This document shows, piece by piece, positions 1-7,287 of a stretch of DNA of 34,143 nt (position 1 is its first letter; the number at the start of each line of letters is the position of its first letter). Under the pieces are notes generated by a model. The model was not told the DNA's origin. It worked only from the letters and a program-made list of their open reading frames with translations, and did not search any database. The DNA is from Gammaproteobacteria bacterium (lineage in GTDB: Bacteria; Pseudomonadota; Gammaproteobacteria; SZUA-229). A program made the translations under genes and the position numbers. Where the stretch lies: NCBI GenBank assembly GCA_041589615.1, contig JBFHVK010000003.1, forward strand, positions 1 to 34,143, given 5' to 3'.

Positions 1-203
1 AAACTGCAAAAAATCGATTCAAAAGTACCAGGATCAAGAATGTCCAGGTTATCCCGTTTTGCTGCCAATTTGGCTTGATGCGCCTCGACCGCGTGACGAT
101 GTTTAACAGCATCAGCGCTCAATCGTCTATTCCGTTTTTCGATGTTTTCTTTCTGTGTTTCAGTAATGCACAGATTTTTGAGCCGTGGATGTATTTCGTT
201 CAT
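1..203 (-). CDS. Hypothetical protein, truncated by the window edge (MNEIHPRLKNLC...)
   Basis: ATG at 203 overlaps the TGA of the macrodomain gene (ATGA). The frame stays open to base 1. Not in the ORF track. Confidence 0.65.
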   Translation of the reverse strand, partial: MNEIHPRLKNLCITETQKENIEKRNRRLSADAVKHRHAVEAHQAKLAAKRDNLDILDPGTFESIFCS

Positions 204-565
204 GATTTAGCCCTCATGGATTCAATTAATTTTTTCCACTCCGGATCAATATGACAATTATCCGGACAATCTGCAAACATCGGCGCTATCTGCTCATTGC
301 TATACCCAGCAAGACCGCAACCAATCCTCGTTACCTCAAAATCAAGATCAGGATTAGATTTCGCATAAGCAATAAACTGATCAACATAGAGTTTAATTTG
401 CTCAAGTGGTAACGTTCTTATAAATTGATCTTTTGTGGGTATCGCAAATGAATCACCGGTTCTTCCAAAACCAACGCCATATTCAGCATCGTAATGTTTT
501 CTTGCATGTAGAGCAGCACCTTTCCCATGTCGCCCTGCAAGATTGCTACCGAATACAAAGATCAT
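200..565 (-). CDS. Macrodomain-like protein (DarG/TARG1-like, 'IFVFGSN' phage family)
   Basis: Motifs GSNLAGRHGKGAA, AIPTK and TRIGCGLAG match the macrodomain ADP-ribose-binding loops. Start moved to ATG 565, which has GGAGGG just upstream. Confidence 0.75.
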   Translation of the reverse strand: MIFVFGSNLAGRHGKGAALHARKHYDAEYGVGFGRTGDSFAIPTKDQFIRTLPLEQIKLYVDQFIAYAKSNPDLDFEVTRIGCGLAGYSNEQIAPMFADCPDNCHIDPEWKKLIESMRAKS

Positions 566-567
566 GA

Positions 568-1215
568 TTAACCCTCCCACGGACAAGGAAACTCGCCAGT
601 ATCCAAGATTTCTTTTAGTTTTATTTTCTGTGCGGCCGTAGCGGCAGCCCTAGCAGTATCCCTAGCATCCAAAACAGCATCCAAAACAGCAGCCAAAACA
701 GCATCCCTAGCAGTATCCCTAGCACCCATAGCCGCATCCAAAACAGCAGCCCTAGCGCCCATAGCAGCAGCCAAAACAGCATCCCTAGCATCCCTAGCCG
801 CATCCAAAACAGCAGCCCTAGCAGCATCCCTAGCATCGGTTAGCTCTTCTTCGGTAGCATTACCCTCTGAATAAGCCCACGCCACACGTAAAGCATCTTT
901 AGATCGCTGATCAGTCATCAAATGCTCAACTTGATAAGCACACCAAACGGCAAACTTTCGAACCAAGTTTTGATCCTCAATACATTGAAGCGCCCAAATC
1001 GTACCATTCAGACCGTTTGTTCCTAACGCATCGGATATAGGGAATGGATCTTCAGGTAATGAAATACCATCCATGTCATATTGATCGTCATCCACCCAGC
1101 TATCGTGGATTTCTTCATCAATAACACCCTTAGCTAAAAGCAGCTTAGCCCAACCATCAACACATGGTTCTTTATCAAGAATTTGCTGGAATGTAATCAT
1201 TATCTGGTTAGTCAT
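568..1215 (-). CDS. Phage helical protein with Ala/Arg/Asp-rich C-terminal repeat (Imm5-like 'immunity' family)
   Basis: RKFAVWCAYQV...DQRSKDALRVA...GNATEEEL followed by AARDA-type repeats. Likely start ATG 1215, overlapping the upstream stop. Confidence 0.65.
   Translation of the reverse strand: MTNQIMITFQQILDKEPCVDGWAKLLLAKGVIDEEIHDSWVDDDQYDMDGISLPEDPFPISDALGTNGLNGTIWALQCIEDQNLVRKFAVWCAYQVEHLMTDQRSKDALRVAWAYSEGNATEEELTDARDAARAAVLDAARDARDAVLAAAMGARAAVLDAAMGARDTARDAVLAAVLDAVLDARDTARAAATAAQKIKLKEILDTGEFPCPWEG
633..837 (-). repeat. In-frame modular low-complexity repeat built from GCTAGGGAT, GCTGTTTTGG(A/C)T and GCTATGGG(C/T) units
   Basis: Read directly from the minus strand. All unit lengths are multiples of 3. 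Confidence 0.9.
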
Positions 1216-1435
1216 TTTTATCATCCCTATCTTCACGCGCTTTCGGCTCGCCTTTTTCTGTCCAGCTAATCATTGGATCAATTACTCTATATTCCAAGAA
1301 ATCACTGCAATAACATCCGGCAACATAAATCAAAGAACCAACCAGTTTTATCGCAACAAACAAATCAGCGAACGGCCAAAGGAAAATAGCGCACGCATTA
1401 CCAAACAGCTTTCTTTTGTTTTTTGGTAGTTTCAT
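1208..1435 (-). CDS. Hypothetical membrane protein
   Basis: 75 aa ORF with a hydrophobic stretch, tightly packed with its neighbours. Confidence 0.6.
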   Translation of the reverse strand: MKLPKNKRKLFGNACAIFLWPFADLFVAIKLVGSLIYVAGCYCSDFLEYRVIDPMISWTEKGEPKAREDRDDKND

Positions 1436-1438
1436 TGT

Positions 1439-1681
1439 TCAGCCCTCCAGAGTAAACGAGCGATGCCAGTCATTAGCCGGTCTAGACCAGAGTGTCTTGT
1501 TTTTGACGTTCTGATAAATAACAGTAACAGGGTATTTATCAGGGTTAGTGGTTTCAGAATTAGCAAACGCCAAAACCTTATAAACATTGCCATTCCAATG
1601 CCGCCAGATTGATTCTGATTTTATCTCAGGGTGAACAGCTTGGCTTTCACGGCTATCACCCTCTTGGAGTTTATTTGCCAT
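1439..1681 (-). CDS. DUF1653-like protein
   Basis: WRHWNGNVYKV...SET...VIYQ...LWSRP pattern. Start coupled to the upstream stop (TAATG). Confidence 0.75.
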   Translation of the reverse strand: MANKLQEGDSRESQAVHPEIKSESIWRHWNGNVYKVLAFANSETTNPDKYPVTVIYQNVKNKTLWSRPANDWHRSFTLEG

Positions 1682-1902
1682 TACTTAACCCTCTTCACCC
1701 AGTAAGAACCGGAACCGTCGATTTTACACTCAAACGAAACGCCTAATTTCTCACCGGACGCCTGAACAGAGCGGCGCACTTTTTTGTCAGACTCGCCACG
1801 ATGATCAATCTTAATCACGTCACCCACTTCCATACTATCAATCTGCCCACGAACGAACGGAAGAAAGAAGTCTGTTTTCTTTTTATCAAACGGGTTGCCC
1901 AC
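1681..1902 (-). CDS. Small hypothetical protein, possibly DNA-binding
   Basis: GTG start with AAGGAG RBS; basic 73 aa product. Confidence 0.7.
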   Translation of the reverse strand: MGNPFDKKKTDFFLPFVRGQIDSMEVGDVIKIDHRGESDKKVRRSVQASGEKLGVSFECKIDGSGSYWVKRVK

Positions 1903-1939
1903 TTTTCTTAACTCCTTACCAATCTTTAACAGTGATTAC

Positions 1940-1968
1940 ATTCTTACACACACTTGAACAACTAGCAA
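1940..1968 (-). promoter_or_regulatory. Putative sigma70 promoter for the leftward accessory operon
   Basis: TTGCTA-N17-AAGAAT with an extended-10 TG, about 40 bp upstream of GTG 1902. Confidence 0.45.
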
Positions 1969-1992
1969 GCACTTTCCATCAATTTTTGCGAA

Positions 1993-2297
1993 TTTCCCCG
2001 CTAGGGGCTTCAGCGGGGCGATTTCGGGGAACATTTCCCCGCGCTGGAGGCCGCACCACCACTGGGTTTTTTAATAAATATATATATATAGGGGTAATAT
2101 CATATATATATTATTATTTAGTATTATATTTGTTTGAATATTGGAACAGTGTTCCATATTTGCGCTGAGATTTATTTGCGCAGACATATACGTAAACAGG
2201 CTTCTCCGCCCCGCTTCCCCGCAAATCGAAGGAAACCAGTGGTGGACTGGGCTAGAGCGCGGGGAAGGTTTCCCCGCTGACTACCCCTCAGGGGAAA
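1993..2297. other. Putative replication origin: AT-rich core flanked by long imperfect inverted arms carrying TTCCCCG/CGGGGAA iteron-like motifs
   Basis: Arms 1993-2070 and 2231-2297 are inverted copies of each other. The core (2067-2142) is nearly all A/T and includes (TA)6. The site lies next to the DUF3987 helicase gene. Confidence 0.7.
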
Positions 2298-2398
2298 GTA
2301 AAAGCGGATTTTGGCTTGATTTGGGCGGATTGAAAGAGATTTGCGCCTGATTATCGCTTTATGATTGTTCCGTATTTGGAACGATAGAGGATGTACAC

Positions 2399-2423
2399 AA
2401 AAAAGCGCACCGGTTGGTACGCT
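2399..2423 (-). terminator. Rho-independent terminator downstream of the DUF3987 gene
   Basis: Minus strand AGCGTACC-AACC-GGTGCGCT-TTTTT, with one G-U pair. Confidence 0.75.
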
Positions 2424-2492
2424 GATTTGATAATTGGCTGGCGGATGATGATTGGTGGTAATCGGGCTAGGTTGATTAAGACCGCAGAAGAC

Positions 2493-2589
2493 CTGATCAG
2501 AGCAGGCAAGCGCCGCTTAAGATTGGCAAAGCTCAGCAATAGCTAGCCAGGATGAATCAAGAACGGAAAAGCCTGCTAACCCTGACCAG
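2493..2589 (-). ncRNA. Long rod-like RNA hairpin in the 3' region of the helicase transcript, function unknown
   Basis: Nested helices CUGGUCAG/CUGAUCAG, AGCAGGC/GCCUGCU, CCG/CGG, CUUGA/UUAAG, UGGC/GCCA, AGCU/AGCU. The G-U pairs work only on the minus strand. Confidence 0.45.
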
Positions 2590-2610
2590 ATTTATCAGTT
2601 TAATTATCAG

Positions 2611-4206
2611 TTACATCGTGATCTTCGGATTGATAAAAACACGATCATCATGAAACACACATAAACCCGCTTTCTCGCATGACGGCAGGAGAGCGTCTCT
2701 GAGGTGATCTGTGAGCTTAGGCTTACCTTTGAACACCTTGTGGTCTTTTATCGCTGAGCGGAGGCTCTGGAGCGTCAGAGAGCCTATTCCGCGCAGGTGG
2801 GGCTTCTTTTCTAGTTGTCGCTGAAAATAATCACGTAAACATGAGATTTCAGACATTTCTCCGGAATAGCCGAGCGAATCCACTGAGTAGATGTAAATTT
2901 TTATCAGGTCCTGGCATATCAGATAAGCATCCATGACTGTCTCCTGATCAATCACTTCGCTTTGACCGCCGCCGTCGCAGAACTCTTTAACAGCATGCAG
3001 CACGCAAGACATTTTCATGACCTGTTTGTCCATCTTGCCGACGGTTCCTCTGAGTAGTGAGTGTGAATATCGTCCGCCGTCCGCCAGGTTCGGCTCCTCA
3101 ATAGCCCGACTCATCATGATGTATTCCATGGCCTCATCACTGAATTTCAGTACCGTGTTTGCTCGATTGACTAGATTAAACACCAACTTCCGGTATCCCT
3201 CCTTCAGTTTCGGATCGATGCGCTGAAACGGTCGATCAAAGTCGCGCTTGCCCAGCATCGTCGGCTCTCTGAGTAGCAAAAAACGCTCATTCAGGCCGTT
3301 CGTGCGTTGGCTGCCGGAAGCTAAGATTGAGTCAATCACTTCATCTTGAGCGATTACAGCAATGCAGCCCTTGACCTGTCCTTGTAATGATTTACGAGTG
3401 ACTCGCCCGCCGGACATAAATTCCTCGTCAAACCCTTTGAGAATGATTTCAGCAGTCTTCTTCTTGTCGCTGTCGCCATAGCTAAGGCCGAGTAGTGTGT
3501 TGATTGCGGTAGCTTCGTCAGAGATTACTCTGAATGTGTTGTCGTGCTCCATAGCTCTGAGCTCTAGGCCTTCCGGAGTATCATCCGTCGATGGCCAGCC
3601 GTACAGCGGAAATTCTTTTAGCTCTTGGTGTTTGTTGTAAATGTCCTCTTCAAGTGATTCGATCTCGTTTTCAAGCGCGGCGCTGTCAAGTTCCTCATAA
3701 AGCGCGTCGATCTCTTTCTGAATGCGTTTTCGCTCTTTAGCATGCAGTTTCTCGCGCTCTTGGTAGCACTCTTGAACTGGATCAAGGAACGATGAGTTGA
3801 TTTTGGATTTGCCGGAGGACGGCGGCTGTGCACCAACGACGTAAAGGTTCACCGGTTTTGTATCGTCTGAATAGTATTCGTAGCGGAAGTTGTGGATCAT
3901 GGCAGCGGCTATGTTACCCAGCCCGTGGAGATACGCTGTATTGATCGGGAACTGTACCGAGTCGCAGATTGATTTTGTGAACTGAGTCAGGATGTCTTTA
4001 TTCTTTTCGGGATCGCATATGCTGATGTTTTTAAGAGCATCGGCCGCGCGCTCTTCGTCGATAATCTGCGGGGATGGCCACATATTGAGATCGCGCATGA
4101 CATGCGGGTTTGTCTCGATAGCTACCCTGGCAGCCGAAACTTTGCGAGCGGCGGCGTCTGCAAATATCTGATTAATGTTGTAAGTATCGTTAAACGGTTC
4201 ACTCAT
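2611..4206 (-). CDS. DUF3987/YfjI-family P-loop ATPase, putative replicative helicase or origin-binding protein
   Basis: Walker A (AQPPSSGKS), a coiled coil, Walker B (VISDEA), an Arg-finger-like NGLNERFL and a C-terminal helical domain. Confidence 0.8.
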   Translation of the reverse strand: MSEPFNDTYNINQIFADAAARKVSAARVAIETNPHVMRDLNMWPSPQIIDEERAADALKNISICDPEKNKDILTQFTKSICDSVQFPINTAYLHGLGNIAAAMIHNFRYEYYSDDTKPVNLYVVGAQPPSSGKSKINSSFLDPVQECYQEREKLHAKERKRIQKEIDALYEELDSAALENEIESLEEDIYNKHQELKEFPLYGWPSTDDTPEGLELRAMEHDNTFRVISDEATAINTLLGLSYGDSDKKKTAEIILKGFDEEFMSGGRVTRKSLQGQVKGCIAVIAQDEVIDSILASGSQRTNGLNERFLLLREPTMLGKRDFDRPFQRIDPKLKEGYRKLVFNLVNRANTVLKFSDEAMEYIMMSRAIEEPNLADGGRYSHSLLRGTVGKMDKQVMKMSCVLHAVKEFCDGGGQSEVIDQETVMDAYLICQDLIKIYIYSVDSLGYSGEMSEISCLRDYFQRQLEKKPHLRGIGSLTLQSLRSAIKDHKVFKGKPKLTDHLRDALLPSCEKAGLCVFHDDRVFINPKITM

Positions 4207-4233
4207 AAATTACACTCTCATAAATATTTATGC

Positions 4234-4261
4234 TTGACTTTCTGTTATAATTTGCAATACT
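4234..4261 (+). promoter_or_regulatory. Putative promoter(s) in the divergent intergenic region, driving the replication operon
   Basis: Extended -10 TGtTATAAT at 4243-4251. Also TTGACT-N16-AATACT with TG. Confidence 0.55.
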
Positions 4262-4302
4262 GTTTTCGTATCACTTATTACAGATTAACACGGGAATCAG
4301 GA

Positions 4303-4617
4303 ATGACAATAGACAATTTTACAGAAAAATCATCAGGCGATCTTAAAAAACAGTACCGTCCGCGCGTGCGACTAACTAAGAAACAAAAGGTGCAAGTTAA
4401 AAAAGAAACGGATCGTCTGTTTGAAGAGATCGGCACCCAGCAGTTGGCGTTATTATTGGATATGAAGCCGACTGCGCTAAATATGATGAAAGCGCGCGGG
4501 TATGTCGGTGGTGAAGCGGTGCTTAAGTTATGCAAAATCAAGGCAATTACTGACCGTGGGTTTACTCGTGAGAGTTTGCGTCCTGATGTGATTGCGTGGG
4601 ATGAGGAGCGGGTGTGA
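4303..4617 (+). CDS. Cro/YdaS-like HTH transcriptional regulator
   Basis: GTQQLALLLDMKPTALNMMKARG is HTH-like and the C-terminus has TRESLRPDV. Start moved to ATG 4303 because the longer ORF overlaps the helicase gene. Confidence 0.7.
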   Translation: MTIDNFTEKSSGDLKKQYRPRVRLTKKQKVQVKKETDRLFEEIGTQQLALLLDMKPTALNMMKARGYVGGEAVLKLCKIKAITDRGFTRESLRPDVIAWDEERV

Positions 4618-4739
4618 TGACCTCATCAAAAGAAAAGCGAGATGCGCTCAGAAAGGCCAGTAAAGCCATGGCAGCGGCAGAGCTTGCTATTAAGCGTGAA
4701 AGGACTGTAATGGAGTGGCATTCGGAGCAAACCAAATGA
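4617..4739 (+). CDS. 40 aa hypothetical protein (MTSSKEKRDALRK...)
   Basis: TGATG overlap upstream and ATGA overlap downstream. Below the ORF-track cutoff. Confidence 0.6.
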   Translation: MTSSKEKRDALRKASKAMAAAELAIKRERTVMEWHSEQTK

Positions 4740-5662
4740 TCAACTGGGACGACGTTTTGCCGCTAACTATTGGTCTATGGCCGGACATTCTGAAAACGGC
4801 TTGCGGCGTTCAGGATTCAGTGTTCAACGGAAAGCACCAGGCGTGCCCAAGCTGCGGCGGCAAAGATCGGTTCCGGTGGACTGATAACATTGACCGCATG
4901 GGCGATGGCGGCGCTATTTGTAATCAGTGTGGCTCGTCAAACGGCATGGGGTGGTTGATGCGCTTGTCTGGAATGGAGTTTCCAGAGGCGGTTAAAACTG
5001 TGTCTGATTATGTGAATTATATTCCAGTTGAGACGCGAGAAATCAAAAAGAAGGAGATTCAGAGTAAGTCAGCGGCTAAGTCGTTGAGTTACGTAGTGGA
5101 CGCCAGGGAGAAAGCATTGCCGATGTTGAAAATGGCCAAGCCTGCACCGGATGATTATGTTCCGACGGTATTCAAGCGTTACGGCATCATGCCGAGCAAT
5201 CTGATGATGCACGCAGTAGGTGAGCATGAATTTATCATCAATAGCGTGCGGAACGGCGCGGGCCGGATAATAAATGCGATGCTGATTTGTCCGGATACGG
5301 GTGATTACAATCATGCTACCAGCGACGGATTTTCTTGGACTGGCCGTACAGTGATTGGCGAAGACTCGGGAAGATTTATCTATCTGTGCTCTGGTTGGAT
5401 TCAGGGACATATATTGCACCGGATCACTCGTGCGCAAGTGTGGGTATGTTACGACACGTGCAACATCAATAATGTGCTACTGTCCGAGGCGGATCGCTCA
5501 AGACTTCGGGTGTTCTCTGATGGTCTGGATCGCGATACATTAACGGCTGCAAGTAATTACGATTTAGGTGTTTTAATGCCGGACGGCGACTCGCTGTTAC
5601 AGTCGCTAACGGTCCAGAAAAAAGTGTTTAATGCGGATGTTTTGTTGGGGGAGTTAGAGTGA
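4736..5662 (+). CDS. Primase-like protein with P4-alpha-type Zn ribbon and divergent TOPRIM region
   Basis: KHQACPSCGGKDRFR...GGAICNQCG. Start moved to the coupled ATG 4736. Confidence 0.8.
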   Translation: MINWDDVLPLTIGLWPDILKTACGVQDSVFNGKHQACPSCGGKDRFRWTDNIDRMGDGGAICNQCGSSNGMGWLMRLSGMEFPEAVKTVSDYVNYIPVETREIKKKEIQSKSAAKSLSYVVDAREKALPMLKMAKPAPDDYVPTVFKRYGIMPSNLMMHAVGEHEFIINSVRNGAGRIINAMLICPDTGDYNHATSDGFSWTGRTVIGEDSGRFIYLCSGWIQGHILHRITRAQVWVCYDTCNINNVLLSEADRSRLRVFSDGLDRDTLTAASNYDLGVLMPDGDSLLQSLTVQKKVFNADVLLGELE

Positions 5663-5892
5663 ACATATTTCAATCAATGCTAAATAAGAAAAACCAGAAA
5701 GTTTATGACCAGATTTGCAATTACGTAGACTCGTATATGAAAGCGAAAAATGGAAAGAAGCCGGAGCGGGCTGTTGTTAAGAAGGATGCTTTTATGTCGG
5801 TAATGAAGGATGTCGAAAAGTATTGTCAAAATAACAACAAGACAATACCGGAAAGGATATTTGTTGGAGGTGTTGAGATATGTCACGCGTAG
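5659..5892 (+). CDS. Hypothetical protein
   Basis: GTGA overlap with the primase stop; GGGGAG RBS. Confidence 0.7.
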   Translation: MNIFQSMLNKKNQKVYDQICNYVDSYMKAKNGKKPERAVVKKDAFMSVMKDVEKYCQNNNKTIPERIFVGGVEICHA

Positions 5893-6110
5893 ACGTTTCT
5901 GTAAGAGTTAATACTGAGTTGGAAGTTAGTGTAGATCTGGATGATATTGACTTTGGTGAACTGTGCGATTATGTCGATAGCAAGAGAGGCCGCGAAGCCG
6001 AGGACCCTGATTTTCGAGAGATTGCGGACTTGATTAAGACAGGCAATAAGGATCAGGCGTGGGATCAGATGGTTAAAATTATTGAAGACGCTACCGGGGT
6101 GATTTTATGA
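5880..6110 (+). CDS. Acidic hypothetical protein
   Basis: GGAGGT RBS; operon packing. Confidence 0.75.
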   Translation: MSRVDVSVRVNTELEVSVDLDDIDFGELCDYVDSKRGREAEDPDFREIADLIKTGNKDQAWDQMVKIIEDATGVIL

Positions 6111-6415
6111 GAGACCTGGATCAGATGAGCGAGTTTGAAATGATGATGTTTAATAAGATCGACGAAACCGCCAGAAACGGCGAAATCACGTTTGAAATGG
6201 GCGACCCCGATGCGCTGGCGTTTATTGATACTAAAGAAGTTGTAGCGCATTTGGAGGGGTTGGGTTATTTGGTAAAGGATTTGAGCGAGTGGACGCGCCC
6301 TGATGACGTTATCCCTGGGAGAAAGGATATTGGTGAAATTATCGCCCGATTGGATATTGTGGATGATGGCGCAAAGCCTTATGTTGATTTGATTTGCTGG
6401 AGGTATAAAGAATGA
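6107..6415 (+). CDS. Hypothetical protein
   Basis: ATGA overlaps at both ends. Confidence 0.75.
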   Translation: MRDLDQMSEFEMMMFNKIDETARNGEITFEMGDPDALAFIDTKEVVAHLEGLGYLVKDLSEWTRPDDVIPGRKDIGEIIARLDIVDDGAKPYVDLICWRYKE

Positions 6416-6726
6416 GCTATTACACAGATCTTGATGAGTGGATTGGTCAATCTGAAGAAGCAGAAAGAGACTTTAGGGAGTATGAGCGAGAGCAAAGAGA
6501 ACGCGCATCAATTGAAAGGAGGAAAATTAAAAATGAAGTTCAAAGGCAGCTTAAGAAGTTGGGAGTGTCGATAGAAAAGAAACCTCAAAGGGGCGCTAAA
6601 GTTGAAGTTTCTTGCGCTTGCTGTAAGAAAAAATTTATGGCCAGGGTTGCTGATAGAAATCGCGGTTGGGGTCGATTTTGCTCGAAGAGATGCAAGGCCA
6701 GAATGCAAAATAATAATTTGAGATGA
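6412..6726 (+). CDS. Hypothetical protein with C-terminal Zn finger
   Basis: CACCKKKF...RGWGRFCSKRC; GGAGG RBS. Confidence 0.75.
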   Translation: MSYYTDLDEWIGQSEEAERDFREYEREQRERASIERRKIKNEVQRQLKKLGVSIEKKPQRGAKVEVSCACCKKKFMARVADRNRGWGRFCSKRCKARMQNNNLR

Positions 6727-6842
6727 TTGTAATGACAATACTTCTGGCTTGGATAAACGCAAAGTACAAGGCGGGCTATGACGGTCTGTTTTATGCAGCG
6801 GTATTCCTGGACTACATGGCAATAATATCAATTTTTGGATGA
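6723..6842 (+). CDS. 39 aa hydrophobic microprotein (MIVMTILLAWINAKY...)
   Basis: ATGA overlap; two hydrophobic stretches. Not in the ORF track. Confidence 0.5.
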   Translation: MIVMTILLAWINAKYKAGYDGLFYAAVFLDYMAIISIFG

Positions 6843-6852
6843 TTTGGAGAAG

Positions 6853-7008
6853 ATGATGATTATGTGCCATAAGTGCCGTGTAAGCGCCGGATACATAAGA
6901 AAAGACGACGGATCGCACACTGCTGTTATTAAGTGCTGTCAGGTTTGCGGAGAATTAAAGCCTGTCCTGGATGACAGGCATTGGGTGAAAAAGGTGTATG
7001 AAAAATGA
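6853..7008 (+). CDS. 51 aa Zn-ribbon protein
   Basis: CHKC...CQVC; GGAG RBS; ATGA overlap with the next gene. Not in the ORF track. Confidence 0.65.
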   Translation: MMIMCHKCRVSAGYIRKDDGSHTAVIKCCQVCGELKPVLDDRHWVKKVYEK

Positions 7009-7196
7009 GTGATAACACAAAACCAACATGGAAAAACACGCTATACCCGCACGCATATTTTGGCCATATACATGAATTACAAAGGGTGGCTAAGCGAGTA
7101 GGGTACAAGTATTTGTGCTGGAATGGCGTTATTCATGATGCTGATACTTTGGTAGAAGTGTCGCCGCGTGGTGAGTTGCAATCATCCGGAAAATAA
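7005..7196 (+). CDS. Hypothetical protein
   Basis: 63 aa ORF with a coupled start. Confidence 0.65.
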   Translation: MSDNTKPTWKNTLYPHAYFGHIHELQRVAKRVGYKYLCWNGVIHDADTLVEVSPRGELQSSGK

Positions 7197-7204
7197 ACTA
7201 AATT
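7176..7204 (+). promoter_or_regulatory. Putative sigma70 promoter for the SF2 helicase leader
   Basis: TTGCAA-N17-TAAATT. The predicted start near 7211 coincides with the first base of the structured leader. Confidence 0.55.
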
Positions 7205-7210
7205 CAAACT

Positions 7211-7280
7211 GCGGCTAGGGGGCACCCGAACAGCATCTAGTCAATGCTTGCCGCTCAATCTGACTACCTTTGACTAAGGA
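7211..7280 (+). ncRNA. C4-like three-way-junction RNA leader with loop complementary to repeated sites next to the RBS
   Basis: GCGGC/GCCGC closing stem, GGG-GGCA-CCC GNRA hairpin and AGCAT-CTAGTCA-ATGCT hairpin. TGACTA occurs at 7261 and 7271, the second abutting AAGGA. Confidence 0.65.
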
Positions 7281-7287
7281 AATCAAA

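Noticed and set aside
621-836. 71 aa Leu/Trp/Met-rich ORF in an alternative frame
   Set aside because: It is a by-product of the stop-free repeat and has no independent RBS.
633-837. Possible CRISPR array or DGR template/variable repeat
   Set aside because: There are no unique spacers or constant-length repeats, no adenine-specific second copy, and no cas or reverse transcriptase gene in the window.
1993-2297. MITE or IS remnant as the explanation for the inverted arms
   Set aside because: Conservation is box-wise with diverged spacers, and I see no target-site duplication or transposase. Not fully excluded.
1932-2539. ORFs 1932-2168, 2141-2350 and 2351-2539
   Set aside because: They have GTG/TTG starts without an RBS and run through the origin-like repeats, the terminator and the hairpin. 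Treated as non-coding.
4102-4302. N-terminal extension of the 171 aa ORF
   Set aside because: It overlaps the divergent helicase start and the promoter region. ATG 4303 fits better.
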